64,000 nt of DNA, taken from the human T2T-CHM13v2.0 reference genome, Homo sapiens. The notes beneath the pieces were generated by a model that saw nothing but the letters and a program-made list of their open reading frames with translations, did no database searches and was not told where the DNA came from. Numbering within the stretch: the first letter of the stretch is position 1; the number at the start of each line of letters is the position of its first letter. A program made the position numbers and the translations under genes. This document shows, in pieces, positions 1 through 19,937 of this stretch. The stretch lies in assembly GCF_009914755.1 (NCBI RefSeq), contig NC_060930.1, one strand, 5' to 3'.

Positions 1-379
1 CAAAATTCCTACTTATTTTAAATGAAGTTGGTAAAAGTAAAATGTTTACTTTTAATATCTTATGCTTCTCTCAGGATGCCTGGTTTGGGTATCAAGTTTG
101 GCGACTTTGTGAATTATATGGTGCCCATTAAAAAAAATGAGATAGGAAATTACTGAATTATTAGAAAGGGACAAAATATTTTTAAAAATCTCATAATCCT
201 AGTATACTAATACAATTTTTATTTTTCATATCATTTTCAGGCCTTACATACATACTTTTAGAGCTAAAATACATTAACAGTTTGTTTTCTACGCCTTTGT
301 ACTTAATAGTCTCTCATATACATTTCTTTTATATTCCTAGTCCTATTCTAACCATTTCTTTAAATTTGAAAAATTGTGA

Positions 380-1260
<881 letters not shown>

Positions 1261-1470
1261 TTTTAAAAATCATTTTATTGGTAGTATAATAATTCATTTG
1301 TCTCTATACCCTAATTTACTAAGCATTCTGGAATGTTTGCTTCCTAAGTTTTCTTTTTTCCAATTGGGTGGGAATTAGTTTTAATTTAGACAATGCTCCA
1401 GGTTTTTGCCCCGTTTTAAAAGTACCTCATAAACATATATTATTCCTTCTAATAGCTGATAATTCACGTT

Positions 1471-1504
<34 letters not shown>

Positions 1505-1570
1505 TAGTGCTACCTCACAATTATCCCTTATCTAAGAAGTGCCCTGTCCATGGGAGCGAGTACCCTCTAG

Positions 1571-1783
1571 CTAGACCTATGCTTTCCAATATGGTAGCCA
1601 CTAGCCACATACTTAAACATGAGTCAATTAAAGTAAAATAAAATTGGAAATTATCTTCCTCAGCTGCCCTAGCCGTATTTCAAGTGCACAGTAGCCACAC
1701 AGGGCTAGTGCTACTGAATTGGGCCGCACAGATTCAGAACATTTCCATGACCCCAGAAAGTTCTATGGTGACTACTGCTCTAG
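1571..1783 (-). mobile_element. MER3 (hAT-Charlie MITE)
   Basis: TCCAATATGGTAGCCACTAGCCACAT and AGAACATTTCCAT...AGAAAGTTCTAT motifs. Confidence 0.75.
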
Positions 1784-1929
1784 ACTATTTTTGACTCTGA
1801 CCTCTTGGCCATGGCTGAATTCATTTCTATAAGTTACTCCCAGAAACTATTTAGTCCTCAGGGACAATCTGATGATAACATTTACAGGAGAACACCAGAA
1901 ACTTTAGATTATGAAATATCTCTTCCAAT

Positions 1930-2360
1930 GACTGAAGTACTCCTGACCACTATTTCCTATCAGTCTTTTGAGAACCAAATTAGTGGTCAGTTTCTTGGTG
2001 ATGGTCACCTAATCCAAGCTGGGTCAATGAAATTCCTTATTTCTTTCCTTGGGAATTTGGATTTGGGAAGGAAGAGGTCGTCATTCAGGTCCTCAAGTTG
2101 TCTAGAACTATAAAACCAAAAGTAATAGATTCCACTAGATAAAACAGAGAATTGGGTAAAGCAATAGAAAAATTAAGCAGATAAGCAGAGATTACATTGC
2201 CTCTTAGGTTTTCTATTTTGGTTCAAGTCCCTCCCTTGGACTCAGCTACATTTCTGACTTTTGGTTACATGAGAAAAACCTGTACTGTAATAATGAATTA
2301 TTATTTTATGCTTAAACTAGCTCAAATTGGCTGGTTATACTGGCAATCAGAATCCTAGCG
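1930..2360 (+). mobile_element. Old ERVL LTR (LTR16/LTR33-like)
   Basis: GGTCACCTAATCCAAGCTGGGTCAATGA and TGCTTAAACTAGCTCAAATTGG motifs. Confidence 0.5.
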
Positions 2361-2496
2361 TACATACATACACACACACACACAGACACACACACACGGG
2401 TACTGTTTTCACACTCTGTATGTAGTTGTGTATAAATTTTGTATATAGTCATTGCACTGGAACCCCAGGCTCCCCTCTAACCCTTCTCTTGCTTTA

Positions 2497-3218
<722 letters not shown>

Positions 3219-3365
3219 TTATTAAATCAAATTGTGAAGCATGTTAACCACTGATTTTATCCTTTAGCTTGTATTGCATTTTAATTTCTCAGGCCTAAGT
3301 AATTCCATCAACACTCATTTCATGTATGACCTAATAAATAATCCCTCACAGGCCAAAGCAGCGCC

Positions 3366-3687
<322 letters not shown>

Positions 3688-3719
3688 TCAAAGCAGTGAC
3701 TTCTGATTGTGAGAACCTG

Positions 3720-4265
3720 GCATGCACAGAACTGAGTGCAGTACTTTCTCAAGCCACAGTAAATGCTCCTTTAGATGGAGTGATTAGGGGACCTCTTTCA
3801 GGAAGATTGAAGGAGGAGGAGTCAGCTATGGAAAGGACAAGAGCAACAGCACCCTGTGTGAAGAGACACAATTGTCCTACCTATGAAAACACTGCTTCTT
3901 GTCAAGTAACAGAAAGGCCAGTGTGGCAGGAGGAGAGTCAGGGAGCAAGGGAAGGTGGTGTGAGCTGCGGCAGGCTGGGCTGGGCCTTCAGGCCATGGTG
4001 AGAAGTTATGATGGTATCAAATGGGCAATGAGAAAGTATTTAAGGGATTTAAGTAAGGGAGTGACCTGATCTGATTTATCTAAGAAAAACATCCCTCGGC
4101 TACTGTCTGGAAATGAACTGTAGGAAGACAAGCAAGGGACCAGTTAGGAGGCTACTGCAAGTGTCAGTAAAAGATCATGGCTAGGCCTGAAGATGGGAGA
4201 CGGTGGAGAAATCTGTGACAGAATTTGAGATTTTGAAAGTAAATATAAAAGCACTTGGTGAGTTA
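3720..4265 (-). mobile_element. L2 fragment
   Basis: Purine-rich; GAGTGACCTGATCTGATTT and ACCAGTTAGGAGGCTACTGCA motifs. Confidence 0.7.
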
Positions 4266-5344
4266 TCCCTGTTACCTTCTCAGTAGCCAGGCCCTATACT
4301 AAAGCTGCCAATGAAGTAGAATGAAGGCTCTGAAACCTCAAGAAGGGCCTTACTTTCCCAGTTTCACGGGGCTCTGCGCACAGCTCTTAGGAACTACCTT
4401 GATTCCAAAACTCTCCAAAAGTACGATCCTGCCCTTATGTTCCTCTCTCCCTTTGAGTGAATTTGGGAATGATTGTTGAAAAATGACTTTCAACAAGAGG
4501 ACAGCAGTGTTCGGGGTTCCACGATACATCCCTATCTTTTAACATCGATAAGTATTTTTAAATTGGTACCTTATTTTGCGCTGCACGAGAGAGAAGGCTT
4601 TTTACTAGCAGCATCTCCTAATCCATCTAAGAAATACTGTATTTACCTTTACTCCAAGTATCCTAGGGCAAAATTCCTTTAGAACAATTCATCTTCCGAA
4701 ACAGACGGGTTCCCTTTTCACCTATTCAAGTGTTGTGCATTCTAGGGTCCCCTTCCCGCCTTGCAGACAAATGCGCTCATTGTGCCACTCCAGTCCCTGG
4801 ATCCTATGCAGCGGGCATTTCCTGCAAGGAGCTGCTGCATGCCTGTTTCCCTCGCCGCCTGCCCCAACCCGAATCCAAGGCTTTGGTTTCTAATGTTCCC
4901 TCCCTGTGCAGTTAAAACAATTGAGTTCAGTTACTAAATAGATGACCAGGAACTTTTTCTTGGCGAAGGCTGCGGATGTTTAGGGCACTGTCCAGTAAAG
5001 TTGTGAAAAGCAACTAAACCCTGCCGCTTGTGCAAAAGGACCAATCCACCGGGAAACAAGGGAAACGCGCACATTTCCTCAACTTGCCGCTTCTTGGGCA
5101 CGTTTAGGCTCTTATTAGAGCCGCGCTTTGGAGTTGCCTCCTCCTGCTGTACAAACCCGCCGCGGCGTTCCCCCGGATGCCGCAGCGCTCACTCCCGCGT
5201 CCGCGGGGCGCGGGGAGGGGGCGAGGCGCGGGCGGCCCCGGAGCCAAGGCGAGGGCAGCGGAGCCCAGCCGGGCCTACGGGCGGCGACGCTCTGGCCCCA
5301 GCGCGCTCGATGGTTTCCGCGCGGCCGCCGGGGCTCGCACGGTC

Positions 5345-5363
5345 CAGTCGCCAGGGGGCGCGC
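5345..5363 (+). promoter_or_regulatory. CTCF-like motif CAGTCGCCAGGGGGCGCGC
   Basis: Core CCAGGGGGCGC matches the CTCF consensus CCACCAGGGGGCGC. Confidence 0.6.
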
Positions 5364-5407
5364 TAGCCGGCGCCGCGGATCCCCGAACTGCGCGGCCCGA
5401 CTCGAGT

Positions 5408-5419
5408 CCGCCATATTGG
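5408..5419 (+). promoter_or_regulatory. YY1 motif CCGCCATATT overlapping an inverted CCAAT (ATTGG)
   Basis: Matches the YY1 consensus CCGCCATnTT at the likely TSS region. Confidence 0.65.
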
Positions 5420-5551
5420 ATGCCGCAGCCGCTGCTGCCAGCGCTTCCTCCTCTGTCTTCGCCGAGCGGGGCTGGTTCCTGCGGCCCGAGCGGCGGGGAG
5501 GTGAAACAGGAGCCCGTCGGAGGAAGGGGCAGAAGGGAGTGGAGAGTGTAG
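5420..5551 (+). other. uORF1, 43 aa (MPQPLLPALPPLSSPSGAGSCGPSGGEVKQEPVGGRGRREWRV*), out of frame with SCAF8 unless spliced
   Basis: ATG 5420 (weak Kozak) to TAG 5549-5551; requires a TSS upstream of 5420. Confidence 0.5.
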
Positions 5552-5696
5552 GGGAAGGGGCTAGAGGGAGGGGGACCGAAACGGAGCGGGGCAGAGAAGA
5601 GAAGGCGCCGCGGCCCAGCCCCTCCCCCGCCCGCCGCCGACCCGCCCCGGCAGCGCCTCTGTTCCCTAGAACGGCGCTCCCCCCGCCCTAGCGGCC

Positions 5697-5720
5697 ATGC
5701 CGGTGCCGCTCTGCCGCTGA
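5697..5720 (+). other. uORF2, MPVPLCR*, in the same frame as the SCAF8 CDS
   Basis: GCCATGC context; TGA 5718-5720 followed by 59 open codons up to ATG 5898. Confidence 0.6.
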
Positions 5721-5897
5721 GGGAGCCCTTCCCCGCCAGCGCGTGCCCTTCCACTCCGCCCCGAGGTCGCAGCGGCCCGCTCTCCCGCCAGCGCCCCCTC
5801 CTCGCGGCCACGCAGCAGCCCGCGTCTCGCTCTCCCCACCCAGTGCAGTGGCCGCCGCCTCTTCCGCCGCCGGGCTCGGGGCCTCCGCAGCGACAAC

Positions 5898-5927
5898 ATG
5901 GAGGCCGTGAAGACCTTCAATAGCGAG
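5898..5927 (+). CDS. SCAF8: SCAF8 coding exon 1 (MEAVKTFNSE)
   Basis: ATG in strong Kozak context (AACATGG) inside a CpG island; 30 nt then donor GAG|GTTGGT; peptide matches the recalled SCAF8 N-terminus and joins in frame to exon 2. Confidence 0.96.
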
Positions 5928-6839
5928 GTTGGTATGGCAGCCGGGTTCCCCTGCTCCTGCCCGCACCGCCCCCACCCCTGGTCGAGGCCGGGGCCCGGAG
6001 GGTGGGCGCGGGCCTGCGGGTTTTTTAAGGGTGGGGTGAGCGGTGGCCTAGCAGTGCCCGTGGGGGAGGGGTGTTTCTCCTCTGGGTGCCCCTCCCCCGG
6101 GTCCGGGAGGAGGGTTGGGGGAGGGCCGCCCTGGGGCGGAGGGAGGTTCTGGCGTCTCCGGCGTCCTATGGAATGGCTGCGAGCTCGGAGGGAAAGACCC
6201 GGTTGGGCCCTCACCCGGAGACTCCCGACAGGTCCCTCGAGGTCAGTTCCGCCGAGGCCTGGCCCGCCCACCTCCTTCCTGGGCCTTTGAGGATTTAAGT
6301 GGACGCTGGACATGACTCTCCAGACCTTCCCGGGTCCTCACTGAGGCTAACACCGATTGGGGGCGGTGGGGGAAATGAACCTACGGGGTGTTGATCTGTG
6401 GTCACGTTACACGTAGTGTTTATAATTGAGGCATTGTTGACTAGGTAATTTGCCAGCTAGGGACTTGAGCTAATTGGATGGTTGGTAGGCAGGCAAAGGT
6501 TATTCTGCAATATCTTTTATTTTTACTCGCTCCTCTTCTAATCCATCACGACATAAAGACAAATGGTAGGGAGAGATCTGTGCATCGAGAGATGGAAGAT
6601 TATGGGGGAAACATTTCTCGCTGGTTCATTCACGTGTCAAACAAGATTTTAAAAAGCAGATTCCATTTTCACTGTGTAGTTGAATTTACTAGTCTGGAAG
6701 AAGACAGGTTTTGATGTATTCAATTTCTTTTTAAACTCCGACTTCAATAGGCCTTAATGTAAACATCAAACATAGCAAGTACACATCTGCACAGTCAGCA
6801 TTAGTATCCCTACCCGTACGCCTTGGAAAGTGTAATTAT

Positions 6840-8568
<1,729 letters not shown>

Positions 8569-9390
8569 CATCCATGACGTTTTAAACAGTAGCTCCCAAA
8601 TATTAGATGTAAACAAGTGGTTAGTGCACTATGGTTGGTCACAGTAGGGAAGAAATGTTAATTCCAGTTTTTCGTTTTAATATTAATTAAGGATAAGGGG
8701 GCCTAACATTTACATGTGTAGATAGGTGTTTCACCTGTTTTCTCATTTTACAGGAACTTGAGGTTTGTCTTAGTCCCATTTTAGTGTATGTAGCACTCTC
8801 CCATTTCCCCATATGGATTTCAAAGAACTTAAGTCTTGTAACTTCCTTATTTATTTATATGCTCTAACTTCACCGTGTTTCAAAGTGGAGTTAGCTTAAA
8901 AATAGCAGTACAGAGTCAGGGAGTTGAGGAAGGGAAATATATTTGAAGAAGATTCAGAAAAATACTTTTTTTTTTAAACACAAAACAATACATAATACTG
9001 TTTTTTATTTTGAATGCAGTTTCTGTGAATGTTGTAATATTTGCTGATGTGTAGTAAACATTGTTATTGCAAATAAGTATATGCTGAGAAGTAGTTCAGT
9101 AATGATTGTTTTCCATTAAATTATGTGTTACAAATTACAAAAATTAAAAAGGAATTCTAGTTGCAGGATTAGGAGAAAAGGATGTTTTCGACGCTCATAG
9201 TTTGGCTTTTAAAGGTGTTTATCTTTGGGTTTAATCCATCACAACTTCTCTGCTAAATTTAAAGGTATCTTTGAAACATTGAATTGTCAATTCCATTTGC
9301 TTTGTAAGGAATCAAAATTTAGCTCTAAGAATAATCAGGAACGTTTGTCAACAAGATATTTTGATACTTCACCTTAAAATATTTAAAATA

Positions 9391-10215
9391 GGCTGGGCTC
9401 GATGGGTCATGCCTGTAATCCCATCCCTTTGGGAGGCCGAGGTGGGCAGATGACTTGAGCTCAGGAGTTCCATGCTAGCCTGGCCAGCATGGCGAAACCC
9501 CCATCTCTACAAAACAACAACAACAACACAAATTAGCTGGTCACGGTGGCATGTGCCTGTAGTCCCAACATGGGTGAAGGGGGTGTAAAGGAGGGGGCAG
9601 GTGCTGAGGTGGGAGGATCTCATGACCCAGGAAGGTGGAGGCTGCAGTGAGCTGCACCACTACACTCTGGCCCGGGCAACAGTGCGACCCTGAATCAGAA
9701 AAATTGAGACAGGTACTCGCTGTTGACAGGTCACCACGCCGGGCTAATTGTTTTTGTTTTGTAGAGATGGGGTTTTGCCATGTTGCCCTGGCTGGTCATG
9801 AACTCCTGAGCTCCGGTGATCTGCCCACCTCCCCTCCCAAAGTGCTGGGATTACAGGCCTAAGCCGTGGTGCCTGCCCCAAATTAAATGTTTAAAATACA
9901 AAATACTTAACCTTTTATGGCTTGCTAAGGCTCAGGTTTTTCCAGACTGAATTTTGTCACCCCCATCTTTTAATTTTGTGGAGATCATTGGTTTGAAAAC
10001 CAGGAAGATGCCAGAGACTTTAGGAATACAGATTTTTGTGAATTGTGGGTGTGTGTCTGTAGTCTTAGCTACTTGGGAGGCTGAGGTGGGAGGATCTGTT
10101 GAGCCCAGGAGTTCGAGGCTATAGAGTGCAATTACTGCACCTGTGAATAGCCAGTGCACTCTAGCTTGGGCAACAGTGTGAGACTCTGCTTCAAAAAAAA
10201 AAAAAAGAAAAGAAA
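9391..10215. mobile_element. AluJ (+, 9391-9705) abutting a deleted Alu (-, 9706-9878); FAM/FRAM-like monomer (+, 10040-10215)
   Basis: Alu consensus; monomer has 7SL-like CCTGTGAATAGCCA and TSD AATACAGATTTTT. Confidence 0.85.
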
Positions 10216-10987
10216 ACCCCAATAATACAGATTTTTAATCTGCAAACTGTGGATGAGTTTCAGCTATGAAAATCCCAGACTTCATGCAAGATATGTATGA
10301 GTTGTTTTTGTCATGTCTACCCTCCCTACCATAATTTCTCAAAGGAGTTGACCTTTCACTTCTGTGTTAAAAATTACTATGTCAGAAGATCCTTTAATTG
10401 TGCAGGAATTATGTGGTAAATTTTTCTTCTCACGAGTTAAATGAGATTTAGGCTCAATAATTTATTTTTTAAGTGCCCCATGCTAATTTTGTGGGAGAAA
10501 AATAATTTCTATTTAAACATCATCACTGTGATGAAAGTTTAATCCCATGACCACTACTTTCAATTCTGAAATGATGGAAGACTTAAGTTCAGATTACAAT
10601 ACAAGATTTCCTCAGAGGCAATGGGTGAGCAGTTAACCATAAGAGAATTATGAGTGCAAGCTATTGCAGTTGCTGCTGCTCTAAGATGGTGGCGCTTGTA
10701 ATGATTTAGCATTTCTTCCTAGTGAAAAGGGTCGCAGATTGAACTGCCTAAATCTGTGGATTACTTTGGGACTGCATTGATTGCTGGAATGCAGCAGTTT
10801 TATGTGAGCTGCATATCTATACTCTGTACTTAAGAATGATCACTATGTGGAGGTCATTCTGGTAGGATCTTGTTCTATTGTTTTTTTGTTTCCTTTTTTG
10901 TTTCTTTGAAAAGGGGTCGTGAGACAGTGGCAGTGCATGACCCATTCTTTCCTTTAGTTTGAGAGGGCATTTTAAAATACAGCAGAT

Positions 10988-13737
<2,750 letters not shown>

Positions 13738-15996
13738 TTAGAATTAGTGATAGTATTACTAGTTGTATGTACAATTTCAGATATCTCTTTCTAAGGCCAG
13801 TTACGCTGTTTTGGACAACTTCTAACTCATAATGGTGTGAAAGAATGTAATCAACCTTGACCTTGAACACTGGCTGAGCTCCTGAACTTTTAAGTGAGCT
13901 CATTTTGTCTGGTTTTGTGTTCTCAACATCTTTCTCTACTCCTCTCTCTCAGGATTGTGCCTCTACTCCTGCTTGTACAGACTGCTTTTCCAGCAGCATG
14001 GACACAAGAAGCATAGTAAGATGATGATAACCCACATAAGGCAGGCCCTTTGGAATATGTTAGGTTTCAATTGGTAGTGGAATAGTGTATTTGATTATAT
14101 GGTTAGTACTTGGGAAGCAGAATGAAGTTTGTCACTTAGAATAGATTGGTAGTCTTAAAAGAGAGCGTCTAGGGAATAAGTTGAATTGCTTCACAAAAAG
14201 GTTAATTGGAGAAAAAAGTTTTATGCTCAATAGTGAGCATAAATCATATATATATAAACTTTTGTTATGTTTACTTGTATTCTGCTCCATGTGATTTTAC
14301 AAAAGAGATAGAACTATTTGAGTGAATTGCAGACCTCTTAATTGAATAATAAAATACACCTTTTGAAGAATTTCTTTGAACTATAAGATGACAAATTATT
14401 GACATATATGCTATAGGAATAAAGAATTGAATTTTTGATTTTCTAATTATAGAGGCAGCAGATTGTGGTAGAGGTACTATTGATTATGAGAAATAAATGC
14501 TGATGAGAAATGTTTCTATAGTTTGTGATTTCGTACCTAAATGGATTCTGTCTCATATTTGATGGTAAACATGATGCATTTGCTTTTTCTGATTTTGATT
14601 TTATGCATTTGTTTTGTCTTTCTAATTTTGTTTTATAAGAGTTTCTGATACAGCCATCCTTTAAACTTAAGGAAGGCTATGTAAATGTATTAAAATACCT
14701 ATTATAGGTCAGGAAAAATCTCAGTAACTTTGACATTTCTTTATTTATTCAGAATGGGGACTATGTTGCTCATGTTCTCTAAAGACAATTTTGACTATTA
14801 AGTTGATGTATGACAAATTTGTTTTTAAAATAATTCTGCAACTTAATGTGATTTATATAGATTGACTTGAAAGATGTAGGATTTCATTCTTTCATTAATT
14901 TGTTCATGCACGTAACTAATATTTAATGAACATGTATCGCGGCCTAGGGATTTTTTTTTCCATCTCCTGGGATATAGTGGTAAACCAGACAAGCAAAAAC
15001 CATGCCCTCTTGGAGCCTATGTTGTTGTGATTCTTTTCCTTTTGTCTCATTAGCAGTTTGTGTATTGAACTTGCTGCAGAGCTGGGGAGGCTGTGCAGGC
15101 ATTACTGACTCCAGCATTGCTTCTTTGCTAGGGACTATGTTGTTTGCAGCCTGATCCGTTCTTAGCATTTTGCCTCTTAGAGTCCAGATTGCCTGTCCAC
15201 TGTTCAAAATAGAGACTGAACAGGTAGACTTAGTTAAATGATTTTTCAAACAGTGGGAAAATATGACTAGCTACATTGTTTTATACAAAATTGTCTGTTA
15301 TATATGTTTTAAAATCTCCATTTGATATTTTGGAATCTTAACTATTTCTTGTAAAATACAGCTTTAAGAATGTTTTCTTTTGTCCGTGAGAATCATTAGT
15401 CTCCACATGCATGATTTTAAAAAGCAACTATTCTTAAGTGGAGACCAAACCTTATGAATTTAGAAGAATAAACTAATAAGTATTTTCATTTTTAAAGCAA
15501 ACTTTTTTAAGTACCTGAGAAATTTGATGTCCTTTTTGTAAATATTTTCTGAATTTGATGTGATTCCTCAGGGTTCATTTGAGTAGCTTATCAATGAAAG
15601 ATGAAATAGTTTGCCATGTACTTTAGTGTGTAGAACTTGGGAAATAAAGATTTCTGTACAGTGATCAATGTCTCAGAGGTTGACCAAATCCTAATTAATG
15701 GCTTTCTTTGATCTAGCAATGTTTTTGATACCATAAAGTTTTATGGTTAAGAAAAAATAGACATAAGTGTTTGAGTTTGTTGAAATATTTTAAATATATG
15801 AGTAAAATCCTCTGGAGTAAAAAAATTTTTTAAAATCTTTTTTGCCCTTCAAGTGAGTTTTGAATAAGTAATTTTGTTTTTTACATATCAAAACATGATG
15901 TAGCAAATGTCTAGTTTCTGTAACAGCTGCTCACTATGATGAAAAAAATCTCTTACATATTTTTGAAGTACTTTTAATTTACCAAACATTTATTAG

Positions 15997-16282
<286 letters not shown>

Positions 16283-16489
16283 TGGCTGGGTGTGGGTGGG
16301 GGTTGGTGAGGGGAAGTTAACCACTTTATCAAAACATCTTATGTACACAAGTCTATGTACCTACTGTGTACTCACAAAAATTAAAAAGAAAAAAAAGGAG
16401 GTATTAGAAAAAAGTGAACCACTTTATAATATGTAGTGTTTTATACTCTGCCCTCTTTTTCTGCAGCCATTACCATGTTTCCGTGGATC

Positions 16490-16645
16490 TTTAGTATTAA
16501 CTTTGTGAGAATGGTTGGATAGGTGTCATCCCATTTTACAGACAAGGAAACTGAGGCCCAACAGTTGTGATTTTTCCAAGGAAATGCAGTTCTATAAGCA
16601 TTAGAGCAGGGATTAGAAGGACCTAGTTCTCAACCTCTGGTGCTA
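16490..16645 (-). mobile_element. MIR (similar cores near 23570, 41620, 47510 and 63610)
   Basis: Core CCCATTTTACAGACAAGGAAACTGAGGCCCA. Confidence 0.75.
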
Positions 16646-16739
16646 GGTGTAAAGGGGAACCATCATTCAATTTTTCATAGGTTTTTTTGGTTGGTTGTTT
16701 TGTTTTTACTGGTATAATGTCCAAATACAAATTTATTTT

Positions 16740-18900
<2,161 letters not shown>

Positions 18901-19889
18901 ATCATTTACTTTTCCTAGCTTCAACGTCATAACTACTTATGCTCTGATAAAAAACCAAAACAGCAAAGCATTTATTTAACATTCTTCAGATAACATTCTA
19001 AAATTCAGGGGCTTAGATATGGAAAAGGATTTAGGTAAGAGATCCAATAGTGCAGATTCTACTGATGGGTGAAAGAAAGTATATATTTAGAGAAAATTTA
19101 TTCTCTTATGAGTGGAATCTCCAGTCCAGGGGGCAGCAAACTTTGTAGAGTATTAGTAAATATTTTAGGTGTTGTGGGCCTCTTTGTATATTCTTCGTCT
19201 TTTACAAAGCTTAAAATATAGAACCGTGCGGCTGAGTGTGGTGGTTAGGCCTGTAATCCCAGCGCTTTGGGAGGCTGAGGCGGGCTGATTGCTTGAGATC
19301 AGGAGTTCCAGACCAGCCTTGGCAATATTGTGAAACAATATGTCTCTACAAAAAATATTAATACAAAAAAATTAGCTGGGTATGGTGATGCATGTCTATA
19401 GTCCCAGCTACTTGGGAGGATTGCTTAATCCAGGGAGGTGGAGGTTGCAGTGAGTTGAGGTTGTGCCACTTTACTCCAGCCTGGGTGACAGAGCAAGACC
19501 CTATCTCAAAACAAAACAAAAAAACCCATATACGTATACATATACCATCCTTAGTTTGAGGGCCTATCAAAACAGGCCAAAGGCTATGCTTTGCTGGGCT
19601 CAGCAGTAAACTTAGAAACCCGAGAACTTGATTAATAACTTGCTACTTGTAAACAAGAATTATAATCGAGCAGAACAGTATAGCTCATAAAGGCCTTATA
19701 GTGCTTATTTTAACATCAAAAACAGAGCAAAACAACTTGAAAAGCTGCCTGGTGGAAATATTCATTTAACACATTTTTTTTTGCATTGACCACGTGCAGA
19801 TACTATTTTAGGCACTAGGATTCAACAGTACAAAACAGACCAAATGAAAAACCAAAACAAGCCTCTGCCTTCATGGAGTTTACATTTCA

Positions 19890-19893
<4 letters not shown>

Positions 19894-19934
<41 letters not shown>
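19894..19934 (+). repeat. (TG)20 microsatellite
   Basis: Perfect dinucleotide run. Confidence 0.98.

Positions 19935-19937
<3 letters not shown>

Larger units (their letters stand above)
5020..6350. promoter_or_regulatory. SCAF8: CpG-island promoter, 5' UTR and start of intron 1 of SCAF8
   Basis: Abrupt rise in GC and CpG density, GC boxes, CCAAT at 5041-5045, ETS-like CCGGATG near 5173; TSS not visible, inferred near 5350-5420. Confidence 0.92.

Noticed and set aside
1472-1501. Orphan T30 run as a retro-insertion
   Set aside because: No TSD or attached element visible; treated as a simple homopolymer
5411-5419. CCATATTGG as a CArG/SRF box
   Set aside because: Only five A/T between CC and GG; CArG needs six
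5898-6290. 130-aa ORF starting at the SCAF8 ATG
   Set aside because: Only the first 10 codons are exonic; the rest is read-through into GC-rich intron where stops are rare
5028-6315. Overlapping long ORFs on both strands in the CpG island (including minus-strand 5115-5414 and 5666-6313)
   Set aside because: Low-complexity Arg/Pro/Gly/Ala content expected from GC richness; no domain; the minus-strand ATGGCGG is explained by the YY1 motif
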